A stretch of 64,000 nt of DNA from Candidatus Aphodoplasma sp. (GCA_045626925.1 JAZUQZ010000001.1:40432-104431); one strand, 5' to 3'. Counted from the stretch's first letter, positions 11,072-22,693 are shown. Notes: generated by a model not told the origin, from the letters alone. Made by a program: numbers and translations.

Positions 11072-11121
11072 AAAAAAACAAATACCGACATTTTCAAACA
11101 AATGTCGGTATTTGTTTTTTT
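11072..11121 (+). terminator. rho-independent terminator after guaB
   Basis: Perfect 14-bp stem CAAATACCGACATT (11079-11092) / AATGTCGGTATTTG (11101-11114), 8-nt loop, flanked by an A-run and a T-run. Confidence 0.88.
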
Positions 11122-11196
11122 ATATAAAGATAAAGAAATTTTAATAAATGCTTTTCAATTTTTTATATTTGTGTTATAATATTATGGGTGATTTTT

Positions 11197-13161
11197 ATGA
11201 ACAACTTTAATGTAGTGTCAAATTATCAGCCGTGCGGTGACCAGCCGGAAGCAATAGATGCACTTGTGCGCGGTATAAAAAACGAATATAAAGGGCAAAC
11301 ACTCTTGGGCGTAACGGGCTCGGGCAAAACCTTTACAATTGCAAATACAATTGCAAAGGTTAACAAGCCGACACTTGTTTTGGCGCACAATAAAACACTT
11401 GCAGCACAGCTTTGCAGTGAGTTTAAAGAGTTTTTTCCAAACAGTGCAGTAGAGTTTTTTGTGTCTTATTATGATTATTATCAGCCGGAGGCGTATATCC
11501 CTTATACTGACACATATATAGAAAAGGATTCGTCAGTAAATGACGAAATTGACAAGCTTCGACACAGTGCAACAGCATCGCTTTTTGAACGCAAGGATGT
11601 TATAATTGTTTCAAGTGTATCGTGCATTTATGGTCTTGGTGACCCGATTGATTATAATAGCCTTACAGTATCGTTGCGCGTTGGTATGAAAAAGGACCGA
11701 GATGAAGTGTTGAGGCGTTTGGTAGAAATTCAATATGAAAGAAATGATATAGATTTTTCAAGAAACAAGTTTCGTGTTCGTGGCGATGTTGTAGAGGTTT
11801 TTCCGTCGAATCAAAACGAAAACGCGCTTCGGATAGAGTTTTTTGACGATGAAATTGATAGAATTTCAGAGATAAATGTTGTTACAGGAGAGATAATTGG
11901 CATGCGTGAGCATTGTGTCATTTTTCCTGCGTCGCATTATGTTACATCGCGTGAAAAAATGGAGGCTGCTATCTCGTCGATAGAGGCCGAGCTTGAAGAA
12001 AGAATTGCATACTTCGAAAGTCAAAACAAGCTTGTCGAAGCACAACGCATAGAGCAACGCACAAGATATGATATTGAAATGATGCGTGAGGTTGGCTTTT
12101 GTTCGGGAATAGAAAACTATTCGCGCCATATAAGCGGACGCGCTCCGGGTAGCTCGCCATTTACTCTCATGGATTATTTTGGCGACGATTTTTTGCTTGT
12201 CATTGATGAGTCGCATGTAACAATTCCACAGGTGCGTGCAATGTATGCGGGCGACCGCTCGCGCAAGGAGGCTCTTGTTGAATATGGTTTCAGATTGCCA
12301 TCGGCATTTGATAACAGACCACTCTGTTTTGATGAATTTGAAGAACGCATAAATCAGGTGGTTTTCGTATCGGCGACACCTGCACAATATGAAAAAGAGC
12401 ATTCTGCTCAAGTGGTGGAGCAAGTAATAAGACCAACGGGCTTGTTAGACCCACAAATCGAAGTAAGACCTGTAAAGCATCAGGTGGATGATTTGGTAAA
12501 AGAAATAAATTTGCGCGCTGAAAAGGGCGAAAGAGTGCTTGTGACAACGCTTACAAAGCGTATGGCAGAGGACCTTACCGATTATCTTGAAGAGCTTGAT
12601 ATAAAGGTTCGATATATGCATTCGGATATTCACACAATAGAAAGAATGGAAATCATACGCGATTTACGCGAGGGCGTTTTCGATGTGCTTGTCGGCATAA
12701 ATCTTTTGCGCGAGGGACTTGATTTGCCGGAGGTATCGCTTGTAGCTATTCTTGATGCAGACAAAGAAGGCTTTCTTCGAAACGAAACATCACTTATACA
12801 AACGATAGGACGAGCAGCTCGAAACGCGGAAGGCAAAGTTATAATGTACGCAGAACGCGTCACAGATTCTATGCAACGCGCCATTAACGAAACAAATCGC
12901 AGACGCGAAATTCAAAAGCGCTACAATGAGGAGCATAATATAGTTCCAACAACGATTAAAAAATCAATCAGAGATGTTATCGAAGCAACAAAACCGGTTG
13001 ATGCCAAAGCGCAAAAAGACAATATCAAGATACAAAGGGGTACAATAGACGGTGAGCTTATGATTATAAAGCTTACTGATGAAATGAATAAAGCGGCGAG
13101 AGAACTTGATTTTGAGCGTGCGGCGATGCTTCGCGATAAGATTAAAGAGCTTCGTGACTAA
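11197..13161 (+). CDS. uvrB: excinuclease ABC subunit B
   Basis: Motifs: [10 protein letters not shown] Walker A, VIDESH, helicase motifs, C-terminal UVR domain [15 protein letters not shown]. The track starts at GTG 11188; ATG 11197 follows GGGTG with 6-nt spacing. Confidence 0.95.
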   Translation: MNNFNVVSNYQPCGDQPEAIDALVRGIKNEYKGQTLLGVTGSGKTFTIANTIAKVNKPTLVLAHNKTLAAQLCSEFKEFFPNSAVEFFVSYYDYYQPEAYIPYTDTYIEKDSSVNDEIDKLRHSATASLFERKDVIIVSSVSCIYGLGDPIDYNSLTVSLRVGMKKDRDEVLRRLVEIQYERNDIDFSRNKFRVRGDVVEVFPSNQNENALRIEFFDDEIDRISEINVVTGEIIGMREHCVIFPASHYVTSREKMEAAISSIEAELEERIAYFESQNKLVEAQRIEQRTRYDIEMMREVGFCSGIENYSRHISGRAPGSSPFTLMDYFGDDFLLVIDESHVTIPQVRAMYAGDRSRKEALVEYGFRLPSAFDNRPLCFDEFEERINQVVFVSATPAQYEKEHSAQVVEQVIRPTGLLDPQIEVRPVKHQVDDLVKEINLRAEKGERVLVTTLTKRMAEDLTDYLEELDIKVRYMHSDIHTIERMEIIRDLREGVFDVLVGINLLREGLDLPEVSLVAILDADKEGFLRNETSLIQTIGRAARNAEGKVIMYAERVTDSMQRAINETNRRREIQKRYNEEHNIVPTTIKKSIRDVIEATKPVDAKAQKDNIKIQRGTIDGELMIIKLTDEMNKAARELDFERAAMLRDKIKELRD

Positions 13162-13177
13162 AACAGGGGTGAGGATA

Positions 13178-13570
13178 ATGATTACAAAGGATAATTCAAA
13201 AAAAGCAATAGAATTTATAACAGATAAAATAAATCCGGTATTTATATATTTTGCTGACCATATGATTAGTGAAAACATTTTTGATGTGGCATACTATTCA
13301 GAAGAACTGCTTGATGAATATACGGTATGCTTATATGAAAATGCTCTCACAGAAATTTTGGGTGTGCCTGTTGAACTTAACAATTTGAACGAATGTGACA
13401 CAGAATTTGCAGGAGAGATTTTGCAGGATGGAGAAAATGTTTATTGCAGAAGCGAGCTTGAAAGAAGTCGCTATCTTGCACGCATATCACACGAGTTTGA
13501 TGCAATAAGAATGAATCGTGCGATGCTTATAAACAGGATACAAGAGTGCGACAGCATATATGAGCAGTAA
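13178..13570 (+). CDS. hypothetical protein between uvrB and uvrA; possible degenerate minimal nucleotidyltransferase fold
   Basis: The track ORF 13106-13570 overlaps uvrB. In-frame ATG 13178 is preceded by GGGGTGAGGA (13166-13175). 130 aa. By eye, [26 protein letters not shown] and [21 protein letters not shown] align to the MNT core, but the GS and DxD catalytic residues are replaced. Confidence 0.6.
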   Translation: MITKDNSKKAIEFITDKINPVFIYFADHMISENIFDVAYYSEELLDEYTVCLYENALTEILGVPVELNNLNECDTEFAGEILQDGENVYCRSELERSRYLARISHEFDAIRMNRAMLINRIQECDSIYEQ

Positions 13571-13612
13571 GGCAGTAAGGTTAAAAAACACGAAAGGCAA
13601 ACGGTAGATATA

Positions 13613-16453
13613 ATGGCAAAAGATAGTATTTTTATTAAAGGAGCAAGACAACATAATCTTAAAAATATTGATGTTACAATTCCGCGCGATAAGCTTGTTG
13701 TTTTTACGGGTCTAAGTGGTTCGGGAAAGTCGTCGCATGCTTTTGACACTATTTATGCAGAAGGGCAGCGCCGATATGTAGAGTCGCTTTCGGCGTATGC
13801 GCGTCAATTTCTTGGCCAAATGGACAAGCCGGATGTAGATTATATCGAGGGGCTTTCGCCTGCGATAAGTATTGACCAGAAAACAACGAGCAAAAATCCG
13901 CGTTCAACCGTTGGAACGGTTACAGAGGTATATGACTATATAAGACTTTTGTATGCACGCATTGGCATACCGCATTGTCATGTGTGCGGCAAGCCTATTG
14001 CACGCCAAAGTATTGACCAAATTATTGATAAAGTTATGACTCTTCCACAAGGAAGCAAAATACACATCCTTGCACCTATAGTTCGCGCAAGAAAGGGCGA
14101 ACATGGCAAGGTATTTTCCAACGCAAAAAAATCAGGCTATGTTCGCATACGAGTTGATGGAATCGTATACGACTTGTCAGAGGTGCCGGCTCTTGAAAAA
14201 AATAAAAAGCACAGTATAGAAATCGTTATTGACAGAATTGTCATACGCGATGATATCACACAAAGACTTACTGATTCTATTGAAACTGCGTTAAAACTTG
14301 GGGAAGGACTTGTTATTATTGATGTTCGAGATGGCGAAGAGATGATTTTTTCGCAAAATTTTGCGTGCGAAGAGTGCGGAGTTTCTGTAGAGGAGCTCAC
14401 GCCGCGCATGTTTTCGTTCAACTCGCCGTTTGGCGCTTGTGAAGAATGTAGCGGTCTTGGTTTTTTGATGAAAATTGATCCGGAGCTTGTTGTAAAAGAT
14501 GAAAATTTGAGTATAAGAGAGGGTGCAATTGCGGTAAGTGGCTGGAGGGCACCTGATATAGAAGAGAGTATGGCGGCGGCATATTATCAGGGACTTGCAA
14601 AACATTATGGCTTCAGCCTTGATGTACCTTATAAATCGTTGCCGAATAAAATAAAGGATATTTTGCTTTATGGTACAAAGGGCGAAAAGTTTAAGGTCGA
14701 ATTTTTAAAAGCTCGTGGCCAAAGCGTTTATATGCTCGATTTTGAAGGCATTGTAAACAATCTTCAACGTCGTTACAAGGAAACAACATCTGATTGGATG
14801 CGTGCGGAGCTTGAAGGATATATGAGCAATTGCGATTGTCCATCATGTAATGGAAAAAGATTAAAACCAAGTGTGCTTGCGGTTACAGTAAATGGCAAAA
14901 ATATAAACGAAGCGACAAATCTTTCGATTTCACAAGCGATTGAGTTTTTTGGCACATTAAAGCTTAGTGAAAAAGAAAAAATAATTGCTGACCAAATTTT
15001 AAAGGAAATACTTGAAAGATTACATTTTTTACAAAATGTTGGACTTGGGTATCTTACATTATCTCGAAGTGCAGGAACGCTTTCAGGCGGAGAAGCACAA
15101 CGCATACGCCTTGCTACACAAATTGGTTCAAGCCTTATGGGCGTTTTATATATTTTAGATGAGCCGAGCATCGGCCTTCATCAACGCGATAACGAAAAGC
15201 TTATCGCAACACTAAAAACCTTGCGCGACCTTGGAAATACGCTTATTGTTGTTGAACATGATGAAGATACAATGTATGCAGCGGATTGTGTTATTGATAT
15301 TGGCCCCGGCGCAGGCATACATGGCGGACATCTTGTTGCAAAGGGAACAGCTGAAGAAATAAAAAAAGTTAAGGGTTCAATTACGGGCGATTATCTTAGT
15401 GGAAGAAAATTTATACCAGTTCCAAAAGAAAGACGGAGTTGTGGCGGAAAATATTTGACTATAAAGGGAGCATCACAAAACAACTTAAAAAATATTGATG
15501 TAAAAATTCCACTCGGCGTATTTTCTTGTGTTACAGGCGTATCGGGCTCGGGAAAATCATCACTTGTCAATGAAATAGTTTATAAATATCTTGCGCGTGA
15601 GCTTAATCGTGCAAAAACAAAACATGGAGCGGTAAAAAAAATAACCGGTATGGAAAATCTTGATAAGGTTATAAATATTGACCAGTCGCCAATTGGGCGT
15701 ACACCGCGCTCGAACCCTGCAACATACACAGGGTTGTTTTCTGATATACGCGAGCTTTTTGCAAGCACAGTCGAAGCAAAGGTGCGCGGCTATAATGCGG
15801 GGCGTTTCAGTTTTAATGTAAAAGGCGGCAGATGTGAAGCGTGTATGGGCGATGGAATTATTCAGATAGAAATGCATTTTTTGCCGGATGTTTATGTTCC
15901 ATGCGAGGTGTGTAAAGGCAAGCGCTATTCGCGTGAAACGCTTGAAGTAAAATATAAAGGGAAAAACATCAGCGAAGTGCTTGATATGACGATTGAGGAA
16001 GCGCTTGAATTTTTTGAAAATGTTCCAAAGCTTAGAAGAAAAATACAAACACTTTATGATGTTGGACTTGGATATGTAAAACTTGGACAACCATCCACCA
16101 CATTATCAGGCGGTGAGGCGCAAAGGGTAAAGCTTGCGACCGAGCTTAGCAAGCGCAGTACAGGCAAAACAATTTATATACTTGACGAACCAACAACAGG
16201 GCTTCATATTGCAGATGTGCATAAATTATTAGATGTTTTACAGAGGCTTGTTGAAACAGGAAATACTGTGCTTGTCATAGAGCATAATCTTGATGTTATA
16301 AAAACTGCTGATTATGTTATAGACCTTGGACCTGATGGCGGGGATTGCGGTGGAGAAATTGTATGCACAGGAACGCCCGAAGAGGTTTCTCGCAACAAAA
16401 ATTCATTTACAGGCCAATATCTTAAAAAGGTTTTTGATAAAAACAAAAAATAA
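13613..16453 (+). CDS. uvrA: excinuclease ABC subunit A
   Basis: 946 aa. Two ABC modules ([18 protein letters not shown]; LSGGEAQR twice) and zinc-finger cysteine pairs (CEECG..., [14 protein letters not shown]). Confidence 0.97.
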   Translation: MAKDSIFIKGARQHNLKNIDVTIPRDKLVVFTGLSGSGKSSHAFDTIYAEGQRRYVESLSAYARQFLGQMDKPDVDYIEGLSPAISIDQKTTSKNPRSTVGTVTEVYDYIRLLYARIGIPHCHVCGKPIARQSIDQIIDKVMTLPQGSKIHILAPIVRARKGEHGKVFSNAKKSGYVRIRVDGIVYDLSEVPALEKNKKHSIEIVIDRIVIRDDITQRLTDSIETALKLGEGLVIIDVRDGEEMIFSQNFACEECGVSVEELTPRMFSFNSPFGACEECSGLGFLMKIDPELVVKDENLSIREGAIAVSGWRAPDIEESMAAAYYQGLAKHYGFSLDVPYKSLPNKIKDILLYGTKGEKFKVEFLKARGQSVYMLDFEGIVNNLQRRYKETTSDWMRAELEGYMSNCDCPSCNGKRLKPSVLAVTVNGKNINEATNLSISQAIEFFGTLKLSEKEKIIADQILKEILERLHFLQNVGLGYLTLSRSAGTLSGGEAQRIRLATQIGSSLMGVLYILDEPSIGLHQRDNEKLIATLKTLRDLGNTLIVVEHDEDTMYAADCVIDIGPGAGIHGGHLVAKGTAEEIKKVKGSITGDYLSGRKFIPVPKERRSCGGKYLTIKGASQNNLKNIDVKIPLGVFSCVTGVSGSGKSSLVNEIVYKYLARELNRAKTKHGAVKKITGMENLDKVINIDQSPIGRTPRSNPATYTGLFSDIRELFASTVEAKVRGYNAGRFSFNVKGGRCEACMGDGIIQIEMHFLPDVYVPCEVCKGKRYSRETLEVKYKGKNISEVLDMTIEEALEFFENVPKLRRKIQTLYDVGLGYVKLGQPSTTLSGGEAQRVKLATELSKRSTGKTIYILDEPTTGLHIADVHKLLDVLQRLVETGNTVLVIEHNLDVIKTADYVIDLGPDGGDCGGEIVCTGTPEEVSRNKNSFTGQYLKKVFDKNKK

Positions 16454-16481
16454 TGTATGAGCAACAAAATTGCATAAAAAA

Positions 16482-16533
16482 TTTACATCTTTTTGTGCGA
16501 TTTTGCTTTACATAATAGCGCAAAAGATGTAAA
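16482..16533 (+). terminator. hairpin downstream of uvrA (probable terminator)
   Basis: 12-bp perfect arms TTTACATCTTTT (16482-16493) / AAAAGATGTAAA (16522-16533), extendable with a bulge. A/T-rich flanks on both sides. Confidence 0.5.
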
Positions 16534-16542
16534 ATAAATATA

Positions 16543-16571
16543 TTGTACAATGAAAAATAAGACATTATATA
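16543..16571 (+). promoter_or_regulatory. sigma-A type promoter for purL
   Basis: TTGTAC (16543-16548), 17-nt spacer, TATATA (16566-16571). The leader is too short for a purine riboswitch. Confidence 0.45.
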
Positions 16572-16593
16572 AATTTGGGGAGGATTTTACAAA

Positions 16594-19500
16594 ATGAGTA
16601 AAATTGTAAGACGCGTTTTTGTTGAAAAAAAGAGAGAATTTGCTGTTGAAGCACACGGTATGCTTTCGGATTTGCGTCAGAATTTGTCGCTTGATAGCTT
16701 GAAAGCTGTTCGTATTATAAATCGTTATGATGTTACCGGAATAAGCGACGAAGAATATGCAAAGGCTCGTGATTTGATTTTTTCAGAGCCACCGGTCGAT
16801 AATTGTTATGATGAGAAGATTGAGTTTGAGCCGGAAGCTCGTGTGTTTGCGATAGAGTATCTTCCCGGTCAATATGACCAGCGTGCAGATTCGACAGAGG
16901 AATGCATATCAATACTTACACAAAAGGCTCGCCCGACTGTTAAAACAGCAAAACTTATCGTTTTAGAGGGTGACATAAGCGACAAGGATTTTATGCGTAT
17001 TAAAAAATATATCATAAATCCTGTTGAAATGCGCGAAGCATCACTTGAAAAGCCTGACACACTAGATATGGAAATTACTTATCCAAGCGATGTTGCAGTC
17101 GTTGAGGGTTTTGTTTCTTTGGGCGATGCAGAGCTTGAAAAATTAGTGAGCGACATGGGCTTTGCTATGGATAAAGACGATTTGCAGTTCTGCCGTGATT
17201 ATTTTAAAAACGAGGAAAAACGCGATCCAACACTTACAGAACTTCGTATGATTGATACATATTGGTCAGACCACTGCAGACATACTACCTTTGGGACAAA
17301 GATAAAAAGCGTAAAAATTCCTGACGGGGCATATAGCTCGCCGATTAAGCAAGCATATAACGATTATATAAACACAAAAAACGAGCTTTATCCGGATGGG
17401 CGCGATACAACGCTTATGGACATAGCTCTTATGGCTATGAAAAAGCTTAAAAAAGATGGCGTACTTACAAAGCTTGATGAATCAGAGGAAATAAATGCAT
17501 GCAGTATAAATGTTGATGTTGACATTGATGGTAAAAACGAAAAATGGCTTGTTATGTTTAAAAATGAAACACATAACCATCCAACTGAAATTGAGCCTTT
17601 TGGCGGCGCAGCGACATGTCTTGGCGGTGCCATTCGTGACCCGCTTTCAGGCCGCTCATATGTATACCAGGCTATGCGTATAACAGGCGCAGGAGACCCG
17701 CGCAAGACAATGGAGCAAACGCTTGATGGCAAGCTTATGCAAAGTAAAATTGTTCGTACTGCAGCTGCCGGATATAGCTCATACGGAAATCAGATTGGAC
17801 TTGCAACGGGCCAAGTTGCAGAAATATATCACGAGGGCTATGTTGCAAAGCATATGGAGCTTGGTGCAGTTATAGCTGCAGCACCAAAGGAAAATGTTAT
17901 TCGTGAGCGTCCCGCACCAGGCGATGTTGTGATTTTGCTTGGCGGAAAAACAGGTCGCGATGGTTGCGGTGGCGCTACCGGCTCGTCAAAAGCACATACA
18001 GCAGAGTCGCTTGAAACTTGTGGCGCAGAGGTACAAAAAGGCAATCCGCCTGTTGAACGCAAAATCCAGCGTCTTTTCAGAAATGGCGATGTTACACGGC
18101 TTATAAAGAGATGTAACGACTTTGGTGCCGGCGGTGTATCTGTTGCAATCGGCGAGCTTGCTGATGGACTTGATATAGACCTTGATAAAGTACCTAAAAA
18201 GTATGAAGGACTTGATGGAACAGAGCTTGCAATTTCTGAATCACAAGAGAGAATGGCTGTTGTTGTCGATAAAAACGATGCACAAAAGTTTATAGATTAT
18301 GCTAAAAGTGAAAATCTTGATGCTATAATTACAGCCGTTGTTACAGACAAAAACAGGCTTACTATGAAATGGCGTGACAAGATTATATGTGACATTTCAC
18401 GCGATTTTCTTAACACAAATGGCGCATCAAAAACAACGGACATAGAGGTTGTACTTCCGGACAAATCGCAAAATCCGTTTGAAACAAAAGATGTTGATGA
18501 TGTTTATAAAAAGTGGCTTGATACACTTTCGAGCCTTAATGTATGTTCACAAAAAGGTCTTGTTGAGCGTTTTGATTCCACAATTGGTGCAGGAAGCGTT
18601 CTTATGCCTTTTGGCGGCAAGTATCAGCTTTCACCATCAATAGGTATGGTTGCCAAAATTCCCGTATTAAAGGGCAAAACAGATACGGCTACAGCTATGA
18701 CATATGGCTATGACCCATACCTTTCATCGTGGTCGCCGTTCTATGGTAGCTTATATGCAGTAATTGAGTCGATGTCAAAGGCGGTTGCGCTTGGTGCGCG
18801 TCACGAGGATGTATATCTCACATTACAAGAATATTTTGAGCGCCTTGGAAATGAGCCTACTCGTTGGGGAAAGCCGTTTAGCGCTTTGCTTGGTGCATAT
18901 ACTGCTCAAAAAATGCTTAAAGTTGCTGCTATCGGCGGAAAAGACTCTATGAGCGGAAGCTTTATCGATTTGGATGTGCCGCCTACACTTGTTTCTTTTG
19001 CGGTTAATACATTAAAGGCGAGCAAAGCAGTTTCATCAGAATTTAAAAAATCGAATAGTAAAGTTGTTGTTGTAAAGGTAAAGAGAAATGACGAGCTTAT
19101 GCCTGATTTTGACAATTTGTGCAAAAATTATGAGGCAATACACGAGCTTATAGAAAAGGGCGTTGTTCTTTCAAGCAGCGTTGTATGTGGCGGCGGCTTG
19201 TGTGAAGCAATAAGCAAGATGTGCTTTGGTAATATGATTGGTTTTGCATTTGACAGCAGTATTACTCCAAAGGATATATTTGCAAAAGAATATGGAGCAA
19301 TTGTGCTTGAAGTATCTGATATATCAGCTCTTGATGGACTTGATTATACATTAGTTGGTACAACGAGTGACAAAAAATCAATCTCAGCATGTGATGTTAC
19401 AATAAAGCTTTGTGATGCGCTTTCTTCTTGGACAGATACACTTGAAAAAGTATATCCGACAAAAGCTGAACCGGCAAAAGAATGCAAGACTTACTCTTTT

Positions 19501-20337
19501 GAAAACAAGACGATAATCACTTCAACGGAAAAATTTGCATGTCCGCGCGTATTTATACCTGTTTTTCCTGGCACAAACTGTGAATACGATACTGCTCGTG
19601 CATTCGAAGCGGCAGGCGCATGTGTAACGGTGCTTCCGTTTATAAATCTTACACCATCAGACACCACGCAAACGCTTGAAAAAATGGCTCAGCTTATTGG
19701 CAAATCGCAGATGGTAGTTCTTCCGGGTGGTTTTTCTGGCGGAGATGAGCCTGATGGAAGCGGAAAATATATTGCAACGGCTTTCCGTAATCCAAAGGTA
19801 AGCGAGGCGGTTAATAATATGCTTGCAAACCGTGATGGGCTTATGCTTGGTATTTGTAACGGCTTTCAGGCACTTATCAAGCTTGGACTTGTTACATATG
19901 GACAGATTGTAGACCTTAAGGAAGACGCGCCTACGCTTACATTTAACAATATAGGACGCCATGTATCTACAATAGTTACAACACGCATTGCATCAAATCG
20001 TTCGCCATGGCTTTATTCAACAAATGTTGGCGATTTACATAGTGTTGCGATGTCGCACGGCGAAGGCAGATTTTATGCAAATGAAAAATGGCTCGCAAAG
20101 CTTGTTGAAAATGGTCAGATTGCAACACAATATGTTGACCTTGATGGCAAGGCGAGCGCTGATATACCATACAATCCAAACGGCTCTGTTGCAGCTATTG
20201 AAGGTATAATGAGCCCTGATGGTCGTATACTCGGCAAAATGGGACACAGTGAGCGTTATGGCGATAATATATTCACAAATATCATCGGCAATAAGGACCA
20301 AAAGATATTTGAGTCAGGAGTTAAATACTTTAAATAA
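16594..20337 (+). CDS. purL: phosphoribosylformylglycinamidine synthase, single-chain large form
   Basis: 1247 aa. YWSDHCRHTTF motif, duplicated AIR-synthase-like domains, C-terminal glutaminase with GICNGFQAL nucleophile elbow. Confidence 0.95.
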   Translation: MSKIVRRVFVEKKREFAVEAHGMLSDLRQNLSLDSLKAVRIINRYDVTGISDEEYAKARDLIFSEPPVDNCYDEKIEFEPEARVFAIEYLPGQYDQRADSTEECISILTQKARPTVKTAKLIVLEGDISDKDFMRIKKYIINPVEMREASLEKPDTLDMEITYPSDVAVVEGFVSLGDAELEKLVSDMGFAMDKDDLQFCRDYFKNEEKRDPTLTELRMIDTYWSDHCRHTTFGTKIKSVKIPDGAYSSPIKQAYNDYINTKNELYPDGRDTTLMDIALMAMKKLKKDGVLTKLDESEEINACSINVDVDIDGKNEKWLVMFKNETHNHPTEIEPFGGAATCLGGAIRDPLSGRSYVYQAMRITGAGDPRKTMEQTLDGKLMQSKIVRTAAAGYSSYGNQIGLATGQVAEIYHEGYVAKHMELGAVIAAAPKENVIRERPAPGDVVILLGGKTGRDGCGGATGSSKAHTAESLETCGAEVQKGNPPVERKIQRLFRNGDVTRLIKRCNDFGAGGVSVAIGELADGLDIDLDKVPKKYEGLDGTELAISESQERMAVVVDKNDAQKFIDYAKSENLDAIITAVVTDKNRLTMKWRDKIICDISRDFLNTNGASKTTDIEVVLPDKSQNPFETKDVDDVYKKWLDTLSSLNVCSQKGLVERFDSTIGAGSVLMPFGGKYQLSPSIGMVAKIPVLKGKTDTATAMTYGYDPYLSSWSPFYGSLYAVIESMSKAVALGARHEDVYLTLQEYFERLGNEPTRWGKPFSALLGAYTAQKMLKVAAIGGKDSMSGSFIDLDVPPTLVSFAVNTLKASKAVSSEFKKSNSKVVVVKVKRNDELMPDFDNLCKNYEAIHELIEKGVVLSSSVVCGGGLCEAISKMCFGNMIGFAFDSSITPKDIFAKEYGAIVLEVSDISALDGLDYTLVGTTSDKKSISACDVTIKLCDALSSWTDTLEKVYPTKAEPAKECKTYSFENKTIITSTEKFACPRVFIPVFPGTNCEYDTARAFEAAGACVTVLPFINLTPSDTTQTLEKMAQLIGKSQMVVLPGGFSGGDEPDGSGKYIATAFRNPKVSEAVNNMLANRDGLMLGICNGFQALIKLGLVTYGQIVDLKEDAPTLTFNNIGRHVSTIVTTRIASNRSPWLYSTNVGDLHSVAMSHGEGRFYANEKWLAKLVENGQIATQYVDLDGKASADIPYNPNGSVAAIEGIMSPDGRILGKMGHSERYGDNIFTNIIGNKDQKIFESGVKYFK

Positions 20338-20359
20338 TTAAAAGGGTTGGTAAAAAAGT

Positions 20360-21208
20360 ATGGGACTGTTTAAAATTGATTATAATAAGCCGGGCAAAGG
20401 TGTGGAAAAGGAAGACCTGCAAAAACATCGCTTTTTCATATTTTTTGATGTTTTTTTCAGAAAATTCATGAAATTTGTGCACCTGAATTCGTTATATTTT
20501 ATATTCTCGCTTCCGTATCTGATTTTGCTGTATGCTTTTTCACCGCTTAATGCAACGGTTATTTCAACGGTTGAAGTAAACGGCATAAATACCTTTGTAA
20601 ATACACTTGCGGGTGAAGATTTTGAAGCACTTGATATGGTTTTAAGATTAATTTTTACACTTGGTGTAGCAATATTTTGGGGGACGGGGCCTGCATCTGC
20701 AGGCAACTCCTATATAATGCGAAATTTTGCACGCGAGGAACACGCATGGGTAATGAGTGATTTTTGGGACAACATAAAGCAAAATTTTAAGCAGAGTATG
20801 ATTGTGCTTGTGACGGATATAGTTGTATTATATTTCAGCTTGTCTGCATTCAATTTTTACTCGTCCCAATATACTCAAACGCAAAATCAAATGTTTTTGA
20901 TTTTTCAGGGGATACTTGCTTTTGTACTAATAATTTATACCTTTATGCATCATTACTCATATCAGCTTATGGTGAGCTTTAAAGCGAGTATGAAGGATAT
21001 ATATAAAACCTCATTGATTTTAGCGATTGCAAAATTTCCGCAAAATATATTTTTTACAGCAATTTCGTTAGCTATATTAGTTGGCTTGTTTTTGTTCATT
21101 AGCGTATTTGCTGTTTTGGCATTTTTGTTTATATTTATAAGTCTTTGCAAGTTTATTATAGAATTTTATACATCAGAAGTAATACGCAATTCTGTGGACC
21201 CAGAATAA
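20360..21208 (+). CDS. YesL/DUF624-family membrane protein
   Basis: 282 aa. N-terminus MGLFKIDYNKPGKGVEK...FFDVFFRKFMKFVHLNSLYFIFSLPYLIL, followed by several TM segments. This pattern is typical of DUF624 proteins of Firmicutes. Confidence 0.6.
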   Translation: MGLFKIDYNKPGKGVEKEDLQKHRFFIFFDVFFRKFMKFVHLNSLYFIFSLPYLILLYAFSPLNATVISTVEVNGINTFVNTLAGEDFEALDMVLRLIFTLGVAIFWGTGPASAGNSYIMRNFAREEHAWVMSDFWDNIKQNFKQSMIVLVTDIVVLYFSLSAFNFYSSQYTQTQNQMFLIFQGILAFVLIIYTFMHHYSYQLMVSFKASMKDIYKTSLILAIAKFPQNIFFTAISLAILVGLFLFISVFAVLAFLFIFISLCKFIIEFYTSEVIRNSVDPE

Positions 21209-21236
21209 CTTACAAAAAAAGCTTATAACGGAGAAA

Positions 21237-22655
21237 ATGATGAACAGAGAAAAAGTAAAGATTTCTGATGCACAAATATCTGAGCAGAAGGAATATATAA
21301 GAAAAATATATAGTTACAATTCAAAAAAATCTGCAAAGCCGAAAGCATATGTTGTAACATATGGATGCCAGCAAAACGAGAATGATTCGGAACGCATTCG
21401 CGGCATGCTTTCTGATGCGGGGTATGATTTTTGTGATAATGCAAAAGACGCAGACATAATAATCTACAATACTTGTGCGGTGCGTGAACATGCAGAGCTT
21501 AAAGTGTATGGCAATCTTGGTGCGCTTAAAGCAATAAAACGCAAAAAACCGGAGCTTATTATTGGTGTGTGCGGATGTATGATGCAACAAGAGCATGTCG
21601 CAAAGAGAATAAAAGAAAAATATACTCATGTAGACATTGTGTTTGGAACACATACACTATACACCTTGCCACAGTTAATGTGGCAGGTTATAAAAACGCA
21701 TACAAGAAGTATAAGCGTTGTTGACTCCGATGGATATATCGCAGAAAATATGCCCATAAAGCGCGATGGCGATGTTTTAGCATATGTGTCAATAATGTAT
21801 GGTTGCAACAATTTTTGCTCGTATTGTATCGTGCCATATGTGCGCGGACGAGAGAGAAGCCGAGAAGTAGACGATATATTGCGCGAGATTAGAGAAGTTG
21901 CAGACAAAGGATATAAAGAGGTTATGCTCCTTGGCCAAAATGTAAACTCATATGGCAAGGACCTTGATTGTGGAGTTGATTTTTCTGACCTTCTTTTAAA
22001 GGTCTGTGAGATTGATGGTGTTGAGCGCATTCGCTTTATGACATCACATCCAAAGGATTTTAATCAAAAACTTGTTGATACGATGGCGTCGCAAAAGAAA
22101 ATATGTAACCAACTTCATCTTCCGATTCAAGCAGGAAGTGATGATGTGCTTGAAAAAATGAATCGAAAGTATACGAGCGATGATTATTTAAAAAAGGTGC
22201 GCGCGGTGCGTGAGAAAATTCCGGATATTACACTTACAACTGATATAATTGTTGGTTTTCCAACGGAAACAAATGATGATTTTGAAAAAACGATAGAGCT
22301 TTTAAAAAAGGTGCGCTACGATTCGATATATTCGTTTATATATTCAAAAAGAACGGGCACCCCTGCGGCAAAGCTTGATATGGCGCTTGATAATGAGCAA
22401 ATTCATAAAAATTTTGACCGACTGCTTGAGGTGCAAAACGAGATATCACGAGAGATAAACGACTCATATATCGGGCGTGTGTGTGATGTACTTGTTGAGG
22501 GTGGCTCAAAGACGGATGAAAATGTCATTTCCGGTCGCACAGAAGGTGGCAAGATTGTAAACATAAAAAGCGACAATCGAGCGCTTGTGGGCAAAATTGT
22601 AAAAGTGAAAATTGTGTCTGCAAAGACATGGTTTTTAACAGGTGAATTAGTTTAA
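21237..22655 (+). CDS. miaB: tRNA (N6-isopentenyl-A37) methylthiotransferase
   Basis: 472 aa. N-terminal UPF0004 cysteines (TYGCQQNENDSE), radical-SAM CNNFCSYC, C-terminal TRAM domain. Confidence 0.93.
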   Translation: MMNREKVKISDAQISEQKEYIRKIYSYNSKKSAKPKAYVVTYGCQQNENDSERIRGMLSDAGYDFCDNAKDADIIIYNTCAVREHAELKVYGNLGALKAIKRKKPELIIGVCGCMMQQEHVAKRIKEKYTHVDIVFGTHTLYTLPQLMWQVIKTHTRSISVVDSDGYIAENMPIKRDGDVLAYVSIMYGCNNFCSYCIVPYVRGRERSREVDDILREIREVADKGYKEVMLLGQNVNSYGKDLDCGVDFSDLLLKVCEIDGVERIRFMTSHPKDFNQKLVDTMASQKKICNQLHLPIQAGSDDVLEKMNRKYTSDDYLKKVRAVREKIPDITLTTDIIVGFPTETNDDFEKTIELLKKVRYDSIYSFIYSKRTGTPAAKLDMALDNEQIHKNFDRLLEVQNEISREINDSYIGRVCDVLVEGGSKTDENVISGRTEGGKIVNIKSDNRALVGKIVKVKIVSAKTWFLTGELV

Positions 22656-22693
22656 ATTTTATATTTAGAAATAAATTTTTGGAGGAAAGAACA

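Noticed and set aside
11122-11196. I looked for an SOS (Cheo/LexA) box GAAC-N4-GTTC upstream of uvrB, and likewise upstream of uvrA (13571-13612) and recG.
   Set aside because: No GAAC-N4-GTTC-like palindrome is present in these regions. This absence was judged by eye only.
13106-13177. Upstream extension of the 130-aa ORF that would overlap the last 56 nt of uvrB.
   Set aside because: There is no SD for the 13106 start, and the extension translates the UVR-domain region out of frame. ATG 13178 has a purine-rich SD and removes the overlap.
13480-13510. An Rx6H string (RYLARISH) in the 130-aa protein that resembles a HEPN RxxxxH motif.
   Set aside because: It is a single short motif in a helical tail that is too short for a HEPN domain, so it is probably chance. 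It should not be used to call a toxin.
16454-16593. I looked for a possible purine riboswitch or PurR box upstream of purL, a lysine riboswitch upstream of lysA (7161-7233), and leaders upstream of guaB and pyrE.
   Set aside because: The leaders are too short (under about 50 nt after the predicted -10 boxes) and lack the conserved riboswitch cores. The 16482-16533 hairpin is better explained as the uvrA terminator.
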